This document shows positions 38,055-49,900 of a stretch of DNA of 64,000 bases, piece after piece. Location of the stretch: the NCBI RefSeq assembly GCF_964204645.1, contig NC_134034.1:10366962-10430961 (forward strand), given 5' to 3'. The stretch comes from Tubulanus polymorphus (lineage: Eukaryota > Animalia > Nemertea). Below the pieces are notes generated by a model. That model did no database searches. It was given only the letters and a program-made list of their open reading frames with translations, and was not told the origin of the DNA. The translations under genes were made by a program, and so were the position numbers. Position 1 is the stretch's first letter. Each line of letters opens with the position of its first letter.

Positions 38055-39200
38055 CTCCTTCAAGCTCACTCCTCTCCCTCCCCTTCAAGCTCACTCCTCT
38101 CCCTCTCCTTCGAGCTCACTCCTCTCCCTCTCCGTCCCCTTCAAGCTCACTCCTTTCCCTCTCCGTTCCCTTCAAGCTCACTCCTCTCCCTCTCCGTCCC
38201 CTTCAAGCTCACTCCTCTCCCTCTCCTTCAAGCTCACTCCTCTCCCTCTCCGTCCCCTTCAAGCTCACTCCTTTCCCTCTCCGTCCCCTTCAAGCTCACT
38301 CCTTTCCCTCTCCGTCCCCTTCCAGCTCACTCCTCTCCCTCTCCTTCGAGCTCACTCCTCTCCGTCTCCGTCCCCTTCAAGCTCACTCCTCTCCGTCTCC
38401 GTCCCCTTCAAGCTCACTCCTCTCCGTCCCCTTCAAGCTCACTCCTCTCCCTCTCCATCTCTTCTCACTTCTCTGCCTCCCCGTCACCTTCAAGCTCACT
38501 CCTCTCCCAATCCTTCGAGCTCACTCCTTTCCATATCCATCCCCTTCAAGCTCACTCCTCTCCGTCCATTTCAAGCTCACTCCTCTCCCTCTCCTTCGAG
38601 CTCACTCCTCTCCCTCTCCGTCCATTTCAAGCTCACTCCTCTCCCTCTCCTTCAAGCTCACTCCTCTCCCTCTCCGTCCCCCTTCAAGCTCACTCCTCTC
38701 CGTCCATTTCAAGCTCACTCCTCTCCCTCTCCATCTCTTCTCACTTCTCTGCCTCCCCGTCACCTTCGAGCTCACTCCTCTCCCTCTCCGTCCCCTTCAA
38801 GCTCACTCCTCTCCGTCCATTTCAAGCTCACTCCTCTCCCTCTCCGTCCCCTTCAAGCTCACTCCTTTCCCTCTCCGTCCCCCTTCAAGCTCACTCCTTT
38901 CCTTCTCCGTCCCCTTCAAGCTCACTCCTCTCCGTCCATTTCAAGCTCACTCCTCTCCGTCCATTTCAAGCTCACTCCTTTCCCTCTCCGTCCCCCTTCA
39001 AGCTCAATCCTTTCCCTCTTCGTCCCCTTCGAACTCACTCCTCTCCGTCCCCTTCAAGCTCACTCCTCACCCTCTCCGTCTCCTTCAAGCTCACTTCTCT
39101 CCGTCTCTTTAAAGCTCCCCCGTCTCCCTCTCCGTCACCTTCGAGCTCACTCCTCTCCCTCGCTGTCCCCTTCAAGGTCACTCCTCTGCCTCTCTCATCT
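38055..39200. repeat. CT-rich minisatellite (variable 22-33 bp; core ttcaagctcactcctctcc)
   Basis: Direct inspection; source of the 408-aa and 462-aa low-complexity ORFs. Confidence 0.95.
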
Positions 39201-39646
39201 CTTCCCTCTGTTTCGTATCTCAATTCCCCCTCTCGCTTGAACAACTCCCCCTCTTCGCTAAATAACAAATTTCTACAACCACAAATCGGTTTTGATACAA
39301 ATAATGCATTTCTTCTTTGTTTATTCATTTCAAAAACACTCATAACATTTACTTTAAAGGATAGAGTTCTCTACGTTGTTAACGCAATTGAAGTGAACAC
39401 GTAAAACATGAACAACAACAAAAATCACAAAATCAATTACACTAATCAATAAAAAAAACAACTTAGAAGTAGCGCTGCTGCTGTTGCTAGCGATGATTCC
39501 ACGCCAATCCACTTGGTGTCGCTAGTATTTAGTTTATAGGTCTGAGTTATGTTTCATAATTGTAAATATATTTTGATGACCCACTGTGTATGGTGAGTGT
39601 AAATAAATTGCTATTCAACTGTGAAACTGGGTCCTGTATCTACAGT

Positions 39647-39750
39647 TCCACAGTTGTGAGATTGAGTTAACTTTGAGTCAAATCTCCACAGTAATCAAGT
39701 TGTGAGTTAGGATTTGACTCGAAGTTAACTCGAACTCACAACACTGTGGA
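39647..39750. mobile_element. Short fold-back element related to the 39-bp satellite
   Basis: tccacagttgtgagattgagttaactttgagtcaaatc ... gatttgactcgaagttaactcgaactcacaacactgtgga. Confidence 0.7.
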
Positions 39751-39758
39751 TCCTATAT

Positions 39759-39935
39759 CCCAACGCACACGGCAAAACATTTGTTTCGCCGAAACAAAAA
39801 ACACGTTTTTCAGAAAACGTTTTTTGCTCATGAAAAACGTTTTTCAGTTCGGCGTTTTGTGTTTTGCCTCCCCCGCACACGGCATAACAAAAAAAAATCG
39901 TAAAACGTTTTTTTCGGTGCCGTGTGCGTTGGGCT
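39759..39935. mobile_element. MITE with 16-bp TIRs
   Basis: CCCAACGCACACGGCA / TGCCGTGTGCGTTGGG. Confidence 0.75.
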
Positions 39936-41212
39936 TTAAGATTTAACTCATGCGTGGAGCCGGTCAGTCATGGGCCTAAAAATCAAGGTTTGATTGAATA
40001 TAAGACGAACTAATCTTGGCAGCGCAATAGACTGCATATGAATAACACACGAATGAATAACACACAAAACAAAATCTAAATTCGTAAGGATATTTTGCAA
40101 TTACTGGACAACCCGTGAATGAACCGGTGCCACAAAACAACCGAGCAAGCTATTCAAAATGAAATTACACACTGGACAACCGACGTGCTGAACACGAACC
40201 GGTGCCGCGTAACAAACTATATAGAATTCAAAAACGAAACATAGGTGACGATGAGTTCAAATCTTTAGAATTTGCCCTCACGAACTTGTCTCGAGACACA
40301 GAGTTAGTGTTGGGTGCCAAAGCAACTAACGTAAAAACCAGTTATTAATAGCGCGCATGTTCGTTCATTCGCAAAAATACCGTAGCAAAAATCTTCAGTC
40401 ATAGTCACAATACTCGGCGACGACAAATTGAACAAACAATTTTTTACGATAGTCATAGTAGAAAATTTTCGGTAAAGATATCTGGTCCGTTTCGAACAAT
40501 ATCAGTGGTTATCTATTAGAACTGGACATTTTATCTCCGCTTTTTGAGTGGTCTCCGTTTTATATTAACTATTTCTTAATTTCCGTCCCTCAAAGTCTAA
40601 TTGTACACCGTATTTCGTACGTCTTAGTAAATTATGTAAATTATGATATTAGGAACTTGACTAGGAACTAGTATAGCATCGTCTGGAAAATGAGGGAAAT
40701 AAAAATGACTGATTTACCCTGACCGAAGCCCTCGTTGCGTTTGCGATTTCTCACTACTAATCTACGGAATTATTTCTCGTAAATTTCGGGCGTTTTACGT
40801 ACAAAAAGTAATCTTTCCTGCATATTTCGATAGGTTGGAAGACGTTGATTTGTTGCGTACCCCGTGCGGGCTTTTACTATTTTACAGTTCAAATGGAAGA
40901 CGCCATGAATAAAAGGCGAACGACCTCTCGAACTGTCGAAGGCGTTCATATCATAACAACAAACTAATTACATTATCATCGCGGACAATATCAACAGCAA
41001 ACTAAGTAAAACCAAAATACAGAATAAAGTATTTAATCATCTAGTGACATTTGGCAGTTTTCATTTTGATATGGTTTGCGTTTTTTTCTTTTGATACTGA
41101 AAATTGCAATAACACAGTAGTCACAACTAAATAATATCTTAATTTCAAATGCATCACTTCACAAATGCGTCATTTATTCGGTGCAACCCCGAAAAAATAC
41201 TGAATAGCAATT

Positions 41213-41378
41213 TGAGAAATACAGTGGACTCAATCTCTTACTGCGGTGAAGTTGAAACCGGTAAAATTCTGCCCAGAGTTGGTGTCAAAATACTGAATAA
41301 GAGTTAATTGTGAAATACAGTAAGACTCCGTCTCTTACTGCGGTTAAGTTGAAACCGGTATGATTCTACCCCGAGTTA
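41213..41378 (+). repeat. 92-bp family, about 2 degenerate units, downstream of Fer3 paralog B
   Basis: Same unit. Confidence 0.85.
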
Positions 41379-41945
41379 GAACCAAATCGAATAACAATTT
41401 CGAATCATCTTAAATCGCAGGTTGTCAAATCGGCACTCAGTGTTGTACGATGCCTGTATCAGCACCATAGCGAAAGAAATGGACACGTGAAAGCAAAACA
41501 AAGATATTTGCAAAAAAACACTTTTACCTACTTCATATTTTAACACACAAAAACATATATCTGATGTACGCGCTCCGGGCAGTACGTCATTACAGAGATC
41601 CTATATTTCGTTTCGATGTCGGTGTCTTATTTTCTATAACTAGTCATAAAAAATCAGATTTTATGATCGTAAGTTATGCGAATTGAAATAAGTCAGCGAA
41701 GAAATGAAATCGCCTTATGTTGTAAGCGTTATTCCGACCGTCCATTTTACGAAAATGCTTTTTTTCTCTTTGTATTATAGGTCCGGTCATGCGAAATTAA
41801 GAAAACGAATATGATTCAACGGTTCTTTTTACGGTTGGCTTCTTGAATTTTGAACGAAAGCCGCGCACAACTCCAACGTTTCAGTAAAATGCGATTCGGA
41901 AAGCGGGATTTGGACGAATGGAATATCCAAACGTATCCACAGTTT

Positions 41946-42728
41946 CTAACCTTCCCCGCTTTCGCTGTCCTGCAGCAGTTTATGAGAATTGGCCATTTTT
42001 TTCAAAGCCGCCCAACTGGAACCGCGCGGGGAAACGAGCTTCACGTCGTTCGGATCCTTACCCTCGCAGACCTCCGACAAAAACGATATATACGTGATCG
42101 CCAGTCGCAGCGTTTCGATCCGCGACAAGCGTTTCTCGTAGGCGAACGTCGGCACTTTCTTACGTAAAACGTCGAAGGATTCGTTCAAGTTGAACATGCG
42201 TCGACGTTCGCGGATATTGGCGGCTCGGCGTTGCGCCACGGTGGCTACGCGTCGCCGTTTCGGTTTCGAAGTCCGGCCACCTCGGCCCGAATTAGCGACC
42301 ATTAACGCATTTTGATGTTGCGTTATTTGCATGAACGGCGTGGCCGCTTGTCCCGCGTAGCCCGGCGACAATCCCCAAGGTGGTGCACCGGTCATCTCGC
42401 CCCCTCCACCCGCAGCCCCGCTGGTGTGGTGATGGTGATAAACCTCTCCTTGGTGGTGATGGTGGTGGTAAACGGGGGCTATATTCTCCGTGCCCGAATG
42501 CGTTCCGACCATCGCCGCCGCTGGTGCTCCTCCTCCGCCGAACGAATAACTGGACTGCTCCGAACCGGTTATTTGATACCCGCCGTACGGATACGATAGC
42601 GCCGGGTTCGACTGTATGAGATGTCCGACCGACGTCGGCGCGTTCGAGCCCGGTAGCTGTACGTGTCGATGACTCGAGTGCTGATGGTGGAAAGCGTCCG
42701 ATACGGTCGCGATGTTATTAAAAGACAT
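41946..42728 (-). CDS. Fer3: Fer3/Nato3 (FERD3L, PTFb family) bHLH transcription factor, paralog B; intronless, 260 aa
   Basis: b[64 protein letters not shown], poly-His N-terminal tracts, and the post-b[11 protein letters not shown] motif shared with paralog A. Confidence 0.94.
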   Translation of the reverse strand: MSFNNIATVSDAFHHQHSSHRHVQLPGSNAPTSVGHLIQSNPALSYPYGGYQITGSEQSSYSFGGGGAPAAAMVGTHSGTENIAPVYHHHHHQGEVYHHHHTSGAAGGGGEMTGAPPWGLSPGYAGQAATPFMQITQHQNALMVANSGRGGRTSKPKRRRVATVAQRRAANIRERRRMFNLNESFDVLRKKVPTFAYEKRLSRIETLRLAITYISFLSEVCEGKDPNDVKLVSPRGSSWAALKKMANSHKLLQDSESGEG

Positions 42729-43424
42729 ACTCCGGCGGCCGCGGCGAGCGAGTTTAAATACGCCTATCGGGCAGACGATTACGGCTGCCGGGACTCGATC
42801 GCGTTCGGCGATAACTTATCCGCGCGCAACTTTTCACCGTATCTCCGCGATCGAAAAACGTGTCCGAGCGTTAATCAATCTGTCGTCGGGCGAAATTATT
42901 AATAACCAGTTTGTTTCCTGGGCGGAAAATTATCCGATATGCGAAATTAGGCATCGATAGGACGCTAGCGATAACATGTCGTCGGCCATTTGCATAATAT
43001 CTACTGCGGCTCTCGACGACGAGTTGAATGTATTTTTCTGTATTGTACGTACCGGGACTCTGTAACAGCCTGTGTCACGACAATGTGTTACCAAATCTAT
43101 GATTTGTGTTATTTCCAATTCGATCTGTCGTGACGGCTTTTGTACCGAGTATTTAGGACTAGCAGCGGAAATAACTAGAAATTGATTCGTTTTATTATTT
43201 TTATTTTTTTTTTTTCAAAATACAAATGTATTTTATCAAACGTCAAAGTCTTAGATGCTATTTAGTCATTTATATACTGCGGTGTCAACTTGAAATTATA
43301 CTTTGTTTTAAGTTACCGCGATATCAAGGTACAATAATCACTTAGCCTAATTCAGCGCCGCTTAGCCCTGTGAAATGCGCTCAACTGGGCGAATTTTGCT
43401 TAGATGTATTTGGACGTTCCCTGC

Positions 43425-44200
43425 TCTACCGGGATTCAAACACATGAATCCTGGATTGATGAGAGACCAGTGAAAGACTGACTGACTGCTACCACCAGGA
43501 TTCAAACACATGAACCCCGGATTGATGAGAGACCAGTGAAAGACTGACTGACTGCTACCACCGGGATTCAAACACATTAACCCCGGATTGATGAGATACA
43601 AGTGAAATACTGACCGACTGCTACCACCAGGATTCAAACACATGAATCCCGGATTGATGAGAGACCAGTGAAAGACTGACCGACTGCTACCACCAGGATT
43701 CAAACACATGAACCCTGGATTGATGAGAGACCAGTGAAAGACTGACTGACTGCTACCACCAGGATTCAAACACATGAACTCTGGATTGATGAGAGATCAG
43801 TGAAAGACTGACTGACTGCTACCACCAGGATTCAAACACATTAACCCCGGATTGATGAGAGACCAGTGAAAGACTGACCGACTGCTACCACCAGGATTCA
43901 AACACATGAATCCTAGATTGATGAGAGACCAGTGAAAGACTGACTGACTGCTACCACCAGGATTCAAACACATGAACCCCGGATTGATGAGAGACCAGTG
44001 AAAGACTGACTGACTGCTACCACCAGGATTCAAACACATTAACCCCGGATTGATGAGAGATCAGTGAAAGACTGACTGACTGCTACCACCAGGATTCAAA
44101 CACATGAACCCCGGATTGATGAGAGATCAGTGAAAGACTGACTGACTGCTACAACCAGGATTCAAACACACGAGTCCAGGATTGATGAGAGATCAGTGAA
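43425..44200 (-). repeat. 66-bp tandem repeat x12, probably an amplified tRNA-derived SINE head
   Basis: Period 66. Minus-strand unit GGTAGCAGTCRGTCAGTCTTTCACTGGTCTCTCATCAATCCGGGGTTCATGTGTTTGAATCCTGGT has A-box-like and B-box-like segments. Confidence 0.9.
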
Positions 44201-46469
44201 CGATTCTTAAATACAATATTTCCCAGGATTCGACCGCGAACTTTGAAGTTGGATGGGTCGTTGAAACTTTTAACTTGAATAAACTTGCTTTACGATTAAA
44301 GTATGGACTACTTCAAAAAACTTAGAATTACTTTTCCGTCAAAACAAGTTCAATTTTTTTCAGAAAAATAGTTAAAATGGTTCGTCAAAACATGTTCAAT
44401 TGCAGTGTATGTTTTAAAAAGGTTTAAAAAGGTTTCTAAACATTGGCTTACACTACTAAATCAATGACATGTATACCCGCGCCCCCTTTGTATCGTGAGA
44501 CTATTATATATACGTTTATATAAGAATAATGCCTTTTATGTGAAGTAAAAAAGTCCACTACCCATTCATAATCAACACTCAATTCAATATTTTTTACTAT
44601 GTATACTATCAACAAAAAATCTGTGAGTTTATATAATCTGAATTATGTAATTCACTGTACGACGACCTTGTCAACGATTCAGTAAAATTGTGATTACATG
44701 TAGTTACTAATGCCGATTTTCTCATTCTCAATGACTTCGAAGATTCGGTCAAATTATGATAAGTTATCAATGACGACCTTTTCATTCTTGATGACTTCAA
44801 CGATTCAGTAAAATTAACTTGAAATCGTGATTAGTTGGTTACGCATTTTATCAAAGATACCTGTGAAAATCAGCAGATTGTCTGAGAGGGAGGGCAGGGT
44901 GTAGACAACAGATTGTCTGAGGGAGGGCAGGGTGTCGACAGTAGATTTTCTGAGTGGGTTGGGGTTTGGAAAGAAATCAATTTGAAATTTTGAAATTTTT
45001 TTGTCGCTCTCATTCGCGTTTTTGCAGATTCACTTATCCTCAAGTCATCGAACCGTAGCTGGTGGTACAGTGCTGGTCATATAAACACTTATATCAGCTA
45101 CTACTAAAACACTGACTGAGTTCAGGCGAACACGAGCGTTCAAACAAGTTGAAATAGACATTTAGCAAGTTTCCGAGAGTCCGGAAGAATAAAGGAATTG
45201 TTGATTAGAAACAGCATGCACGTCAAGAAGATAACGGCAATATTGTGGAATCAATTATTTTCTTATCTGCATTTTTCGACGTCGTTTCGCTGGAGTTTTG
45301 TTTTTGTTATGCTAATTAAGGTGCGGCAGGCGGTATGACGTCACGCATCACGAGGTCGCAGCTGGACTTTATCGATCGGTTTTTTGCCCAACAACACGCG
45401 ATGATAATCCTGACTACTTCTTTCATAGAATACGAGAAGTCACATGAATATTTCTCATCGACTATCGGTTTGTGACTTATAATATACGCACGTAGCATTG
45501 CAACTTTTCGATTTATCGGAATTGGTCATATTTAGACGAATGCAAAGATCAAACGGTATTATCCTGGAACAACCGTGAAAGACGATTAAGTGTACAGCGG
45601 ACAAAAACATTAGCATGGCGTAGTTACATAACTAATGACAGTGAATTGCAGACACAACATGAAGCCTTAATGGCCGTTTACAAACAGATTATAGCAATCA
45701 AAATCGTAAAATATAAATGAGATAGTACTTAAGTTAAAATTCTGGCATTTTCTACATTTTTGAGACGTCCTTTACTTATTTGTAGTCAGCGCGGAACGTT
45801 TGGTTTTGTATGAATGATGACGGCTGAAAGGTTGTCAATTCATCTAATCTTCATTAATTCCGTAAAGTACAAAGCTTTATAGCATAAGACGGATTAATGA
45901 AGAAACAACACAACCGTCATGATAATAAACTTTACTGTATGCGCCAGTCTACGTCCATGCTAACTACGCATTATTCAACGAAGCACTCCCGTAACAGGGG
46001 ACAATGGCCGCGTAAATCAGGGTCATAAAGTTTATTGGCAACATCGGGATTTCACACGAGTCGTTGCGCTTCTAAATTGCTGGCCCTGGTTCGAATACTG
46101 CTCCGCCTGCTTTATTTTCTCTAACTTTTTTCTCCGCACTTTTTCTAAGTCGCACCCATCAGTAATAATGCCGCGTTGGCAAAAAAAGCGTTAACATAAA
46201 TTGTTAACGCAACGCTATTTTGTAACGTTTTGTTAACGCATTGGCAAGATATTATCTGGCAAATTGACTTCACAATGATCGTTGTGATCTGTGTGCTGGC
46301 CCAAAAAGCATACATAGCACACTACCTAAAATCAGACCCCAAGCTACCAACTGCTTTGCAACACACCCTCCTTCTTCTTGCATCAATAGGTTAAATATGT
46401 TCATATTTTCTTATGCTTTTAATTCTTGGAATACAAAGTGTTTTATATTTGGGTTTGAATAAGTGTTTT

Positions 46470-46644
<175 letters not shown>

Positions 46645-46886
46645 GGGACTGAAAGCATTAACTCGACATAAAACTTCGACAACGAAAGTCAGTAGATTTC
46701 AGTTTTCTCTTTCGGCGCGCAACGGAATGCAAACGACAGACAGTCACACGTGAATCCGTGCGCGCGAGATCGCAGCCCGCCTAACGCACGTTTTAGAAAA
46801 CCCGACGTGCCCGAAACGCGTCTTCTTCTCATAATAATTAGTGACTTTCTACACGAGTGCACTCCGCGACTGACCAGACTTGTAGC

Positions 46887-46937
46887 ATGTACGGAACTCA
46901 TAATATCGATCAACACAAGAACCTCAAAGAGATCAAG
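46887..46937 (+). CDS. TPH: TPH-like putative coding exon 1 ([17 protein letters not shown])
   Basis: ATG-initiated 17 codons ending AAG|GTACGA, phase 0, compatible with the phase-0 acceptor at 48820. No homology support; an alternative start is the ATG at 48829. Confidence 0.5.
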
Positions 46938-49900
46938 GTACGAATTAGTTTTTCTTTCTAAATCTTCTTTTCTTAATTCTGATTCTTCTTAAAGTGAAGT
47001 TTTGCTTTCGGTAATTTTTGAATGTTTTGCTTCATTTTGCCCTTTTACACAATTCGCTCACACTATAGAACTGAAATTATGTAAGCGAATTTTTGAAACT
47101 TAATTTTCTTTCAAATCAGAGAAACTATTTAAACTATTGAAAACTATTGTAACCGCGTTTAGCGAAAAGGAACTAATTTCTTAGTCATAATTTTTGCAAA
47201 GCATCCTATTGCATGATATCTTTTTTGCATTAAGTTTATACTTTATGAAAGATTACCATGATGGATGAACCGAGGTTTTCTAATTGACGGCGTTCCGTGT
47301 TCGCCTAACTGAATTTGGCCTAATTAATCGGCCACGACTGTGAAATCCACGCAGACGATTCCGAGTGACACAGCGTTACATAAATTCACACACATTTAAT
47401 CGTTATTGCAATGCCACGCACTTCAAAGGCAGTCATGAGTTCATATAATGTGGGAACGCGGTACCGCTTCCTCGCGTAAGCTGGCGTGTTATTTACGATC
47501 CAGGTTCAGAGTAAAAGCAAGGGGCGCGCGCAAACTTGAACAAGTAAATACGTTAAGGGTGCTTTTCCAAGTATTGCCGCGGTTTCGTTGCTCGCGTAAA
47601 CTACAGAACAGCTAATAATTACCGCGACGAAATTTCGACACTTTTTTCACCAGTTCTTCGTGCATTATTTACGATTTCTCTTGAAAAGAAATTCCATCCG
47701 GGATTCTTAAGGGACCTCAAAATTCTAGGGGATCACAACTACGTTAAGTCTTTCATAAAAATCGTAAGAAAATAGCAAGAATACGATCGAGTTAGTTCGT
47801 TTAAAGTTTTCTCGATTGGGTCTAATCCGGTTCAGATTTCTGTTTTTGTTTTACGTAACCAGTGCCATTTATTGAACGGTAACATTGAAGATCAAAAACT
47901 AGGACAAGATTGTGTCACGTACATTAACATGTATTGCCTCGGTATTCTAAATGATGGCATGATGTCGTTTTTTTGGCTTAAGTTCATTAACTAGGACTAC
48001 ATCGTGTGTTCTCTTCCAGATAATGATAATGATAATGATAATGATAATTATAATTAAAGTTATAATTATAATTATGATTTTGATTATAATTATAACGTTC
48101 AAAAAATAGTTAAACTCTCATAGACTACGCGACGAATACCGTAGTAATGGGGTACCCGCAAAACCAGCTATCCCACCAGATGGCGTGACGAGCAGTAGGT
48201 CGTCCGGTGTCAAATTTGATACATTTTCAATGAACTTTGAACTGGATTTTTAGACTCCCCAAACTTTGTTCTTTTCTCTTCATTATTGTTTCTTTCAATT
48301 ACCTCCTCATATATTAAGTTCGGGTCGAACTCTTAGTAAGGGGGGAGCTATATATTAGGCCTGGGCGGAAAACGGATAAACGGGTTCCGCCCAGACAATG
48401 CCTAATTAGTGACCATAGTTATCAAAGTCTCACATCCATATATAATCACAGCACCTTCATACTTCTACTCGGATATCGGTATAGTTGACATAAATAATCG
48501 ATTCATTCAAGAGAAAGAGTCCATTTAGATTTCATTGAAATGTAGAAGAAATCGAACGCGGAAGACCGAGTAACTACTAGCGAACCTGGCGGATCCTCAC
48601 CTGCCATAAGTGGAATCCTCGATTGCCGCAGTAACTATGCGGGTACCCCATTGATTAGATCTTTTATCTTATTTTTACTTAATTGAAAGCAAAGTTATGA
48701 GATGTATCTTCGATTCTCGATTTTAAAACGGGACCAGGGGCCGGCGGATTAAGGGGTCCTATCCTCCTCGTACATACGGCGATGGGCTATTCCTCAATGT
48801 AACGTCTCTTTCTTTGCAGAAGTCCAAAATGCTTGTATCGTGCGTTTTCGCGTTGAAGAACTCGACTCGAATGAGTGAGATTTTGTTGGCCTTGGAGGTA
48901 TGTTCTTAGTCTTTTAGTCTATAGAGAAAGCGAAGGACATCATTTTCAATAGTCTATGGCTATGATTAAACTCTAACAGGCTTAAATCAAATATTAGGAC
49001 AGACCCTATATTGATCGACCGACTAAAACGTCTTCTCCCGGTATAGTTTGATTTCCAAAGTACTATTTATTGTGAATTTAGGACCGTAGTCGAGACTTAT
49101 GTCCGAAAAGACCGGTATTACTCGGTGAAGCGAGGTTTGCTGAGAATTTGTTTCATAGATTTTTTTGTGATTTTGTATAGAATAACGTGACGAGCGAATT
49201 GGTTCACGTAGAGACACGACAGGGGAAGTCAGGACAACGCGGCAGTGACACCGGACGAACAGAGGCCGCGGTCTTCGTCGAGTTTATCATGTCCGACCAG
49301 CCGTCCGTACAGCACGAATTGAACAAGATCTTGGAGAAGTATGATGGCCAAAACGTTCGCGAGGATTTGCAAGGTACGTCGCGAAAAGGGTTCAAATCTG
49401 GAAATCGAAATGAAAACAAGAAATTTAACTTCAAAAGTTTATTGACATCTTGAAAAAAATAACACATATATTGCTTTAGTATAGTCGGCAAATGATATCG
49501 AGGATCAATAAAGTATATTTGGATTTGATATCGATAATTGAATTGAATTGACCGGGAACCAGTCTAGTCCCGATATATTGATGACGTAGTGCACATCCCC
49601 TCAAAATTAGTTATTGAAATTTCTCAAAAATGAAACAAAAGTTATGAAATCTAAATCTAATCTAATTCAAAATAAACGCCGAAATTCGCAATATTGTAAT
49701 GGTTATTTTGTTAAGGAGCTAGCAACAAGATTCATTTGACCTTGGTGATTTAACCGCAAAGGAAAGTTGTTTGAAAGTAGAAATGTTTGCAAAAGTAAAA
49801 ATGTAGCGAATCCGGCGCCAACAGACAATAAGGTATAAAAATAAATGTCTGGCCTGTCATCGGCAAAAAATGACTTTTACTTTTTATACGCGCGTTTTAT

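Noticed and set aside
38014-39404. 408-aa and 462-aa Ser/Pro/Leu-rich ORFs
   Set aside because: Translations of a CT-rich minisatellite that is open in several frames.
42753-42760. TATTTAAA as the TATA box of Fer3B
   Set aside because: Only about 25 bp from the ATG, which would leave essentially no 5' UTR; not supportable without TSS data.
43425-44200. TGATGA/CTGA motifs suggesting C/D snoRNAs or hammerheads in the 66-bp unit
   Set aside because: Box spacing is too short for a snoRNA, and there is no stem II or intact CUGAUGA core. A tRNA/SINE origin on the other strand fits better.
48782-48819. ATG at 48782 as the TPH start
   Set aside because: Closed by an in-frame TAA, and splicing would need an implausible 21-nt intron.
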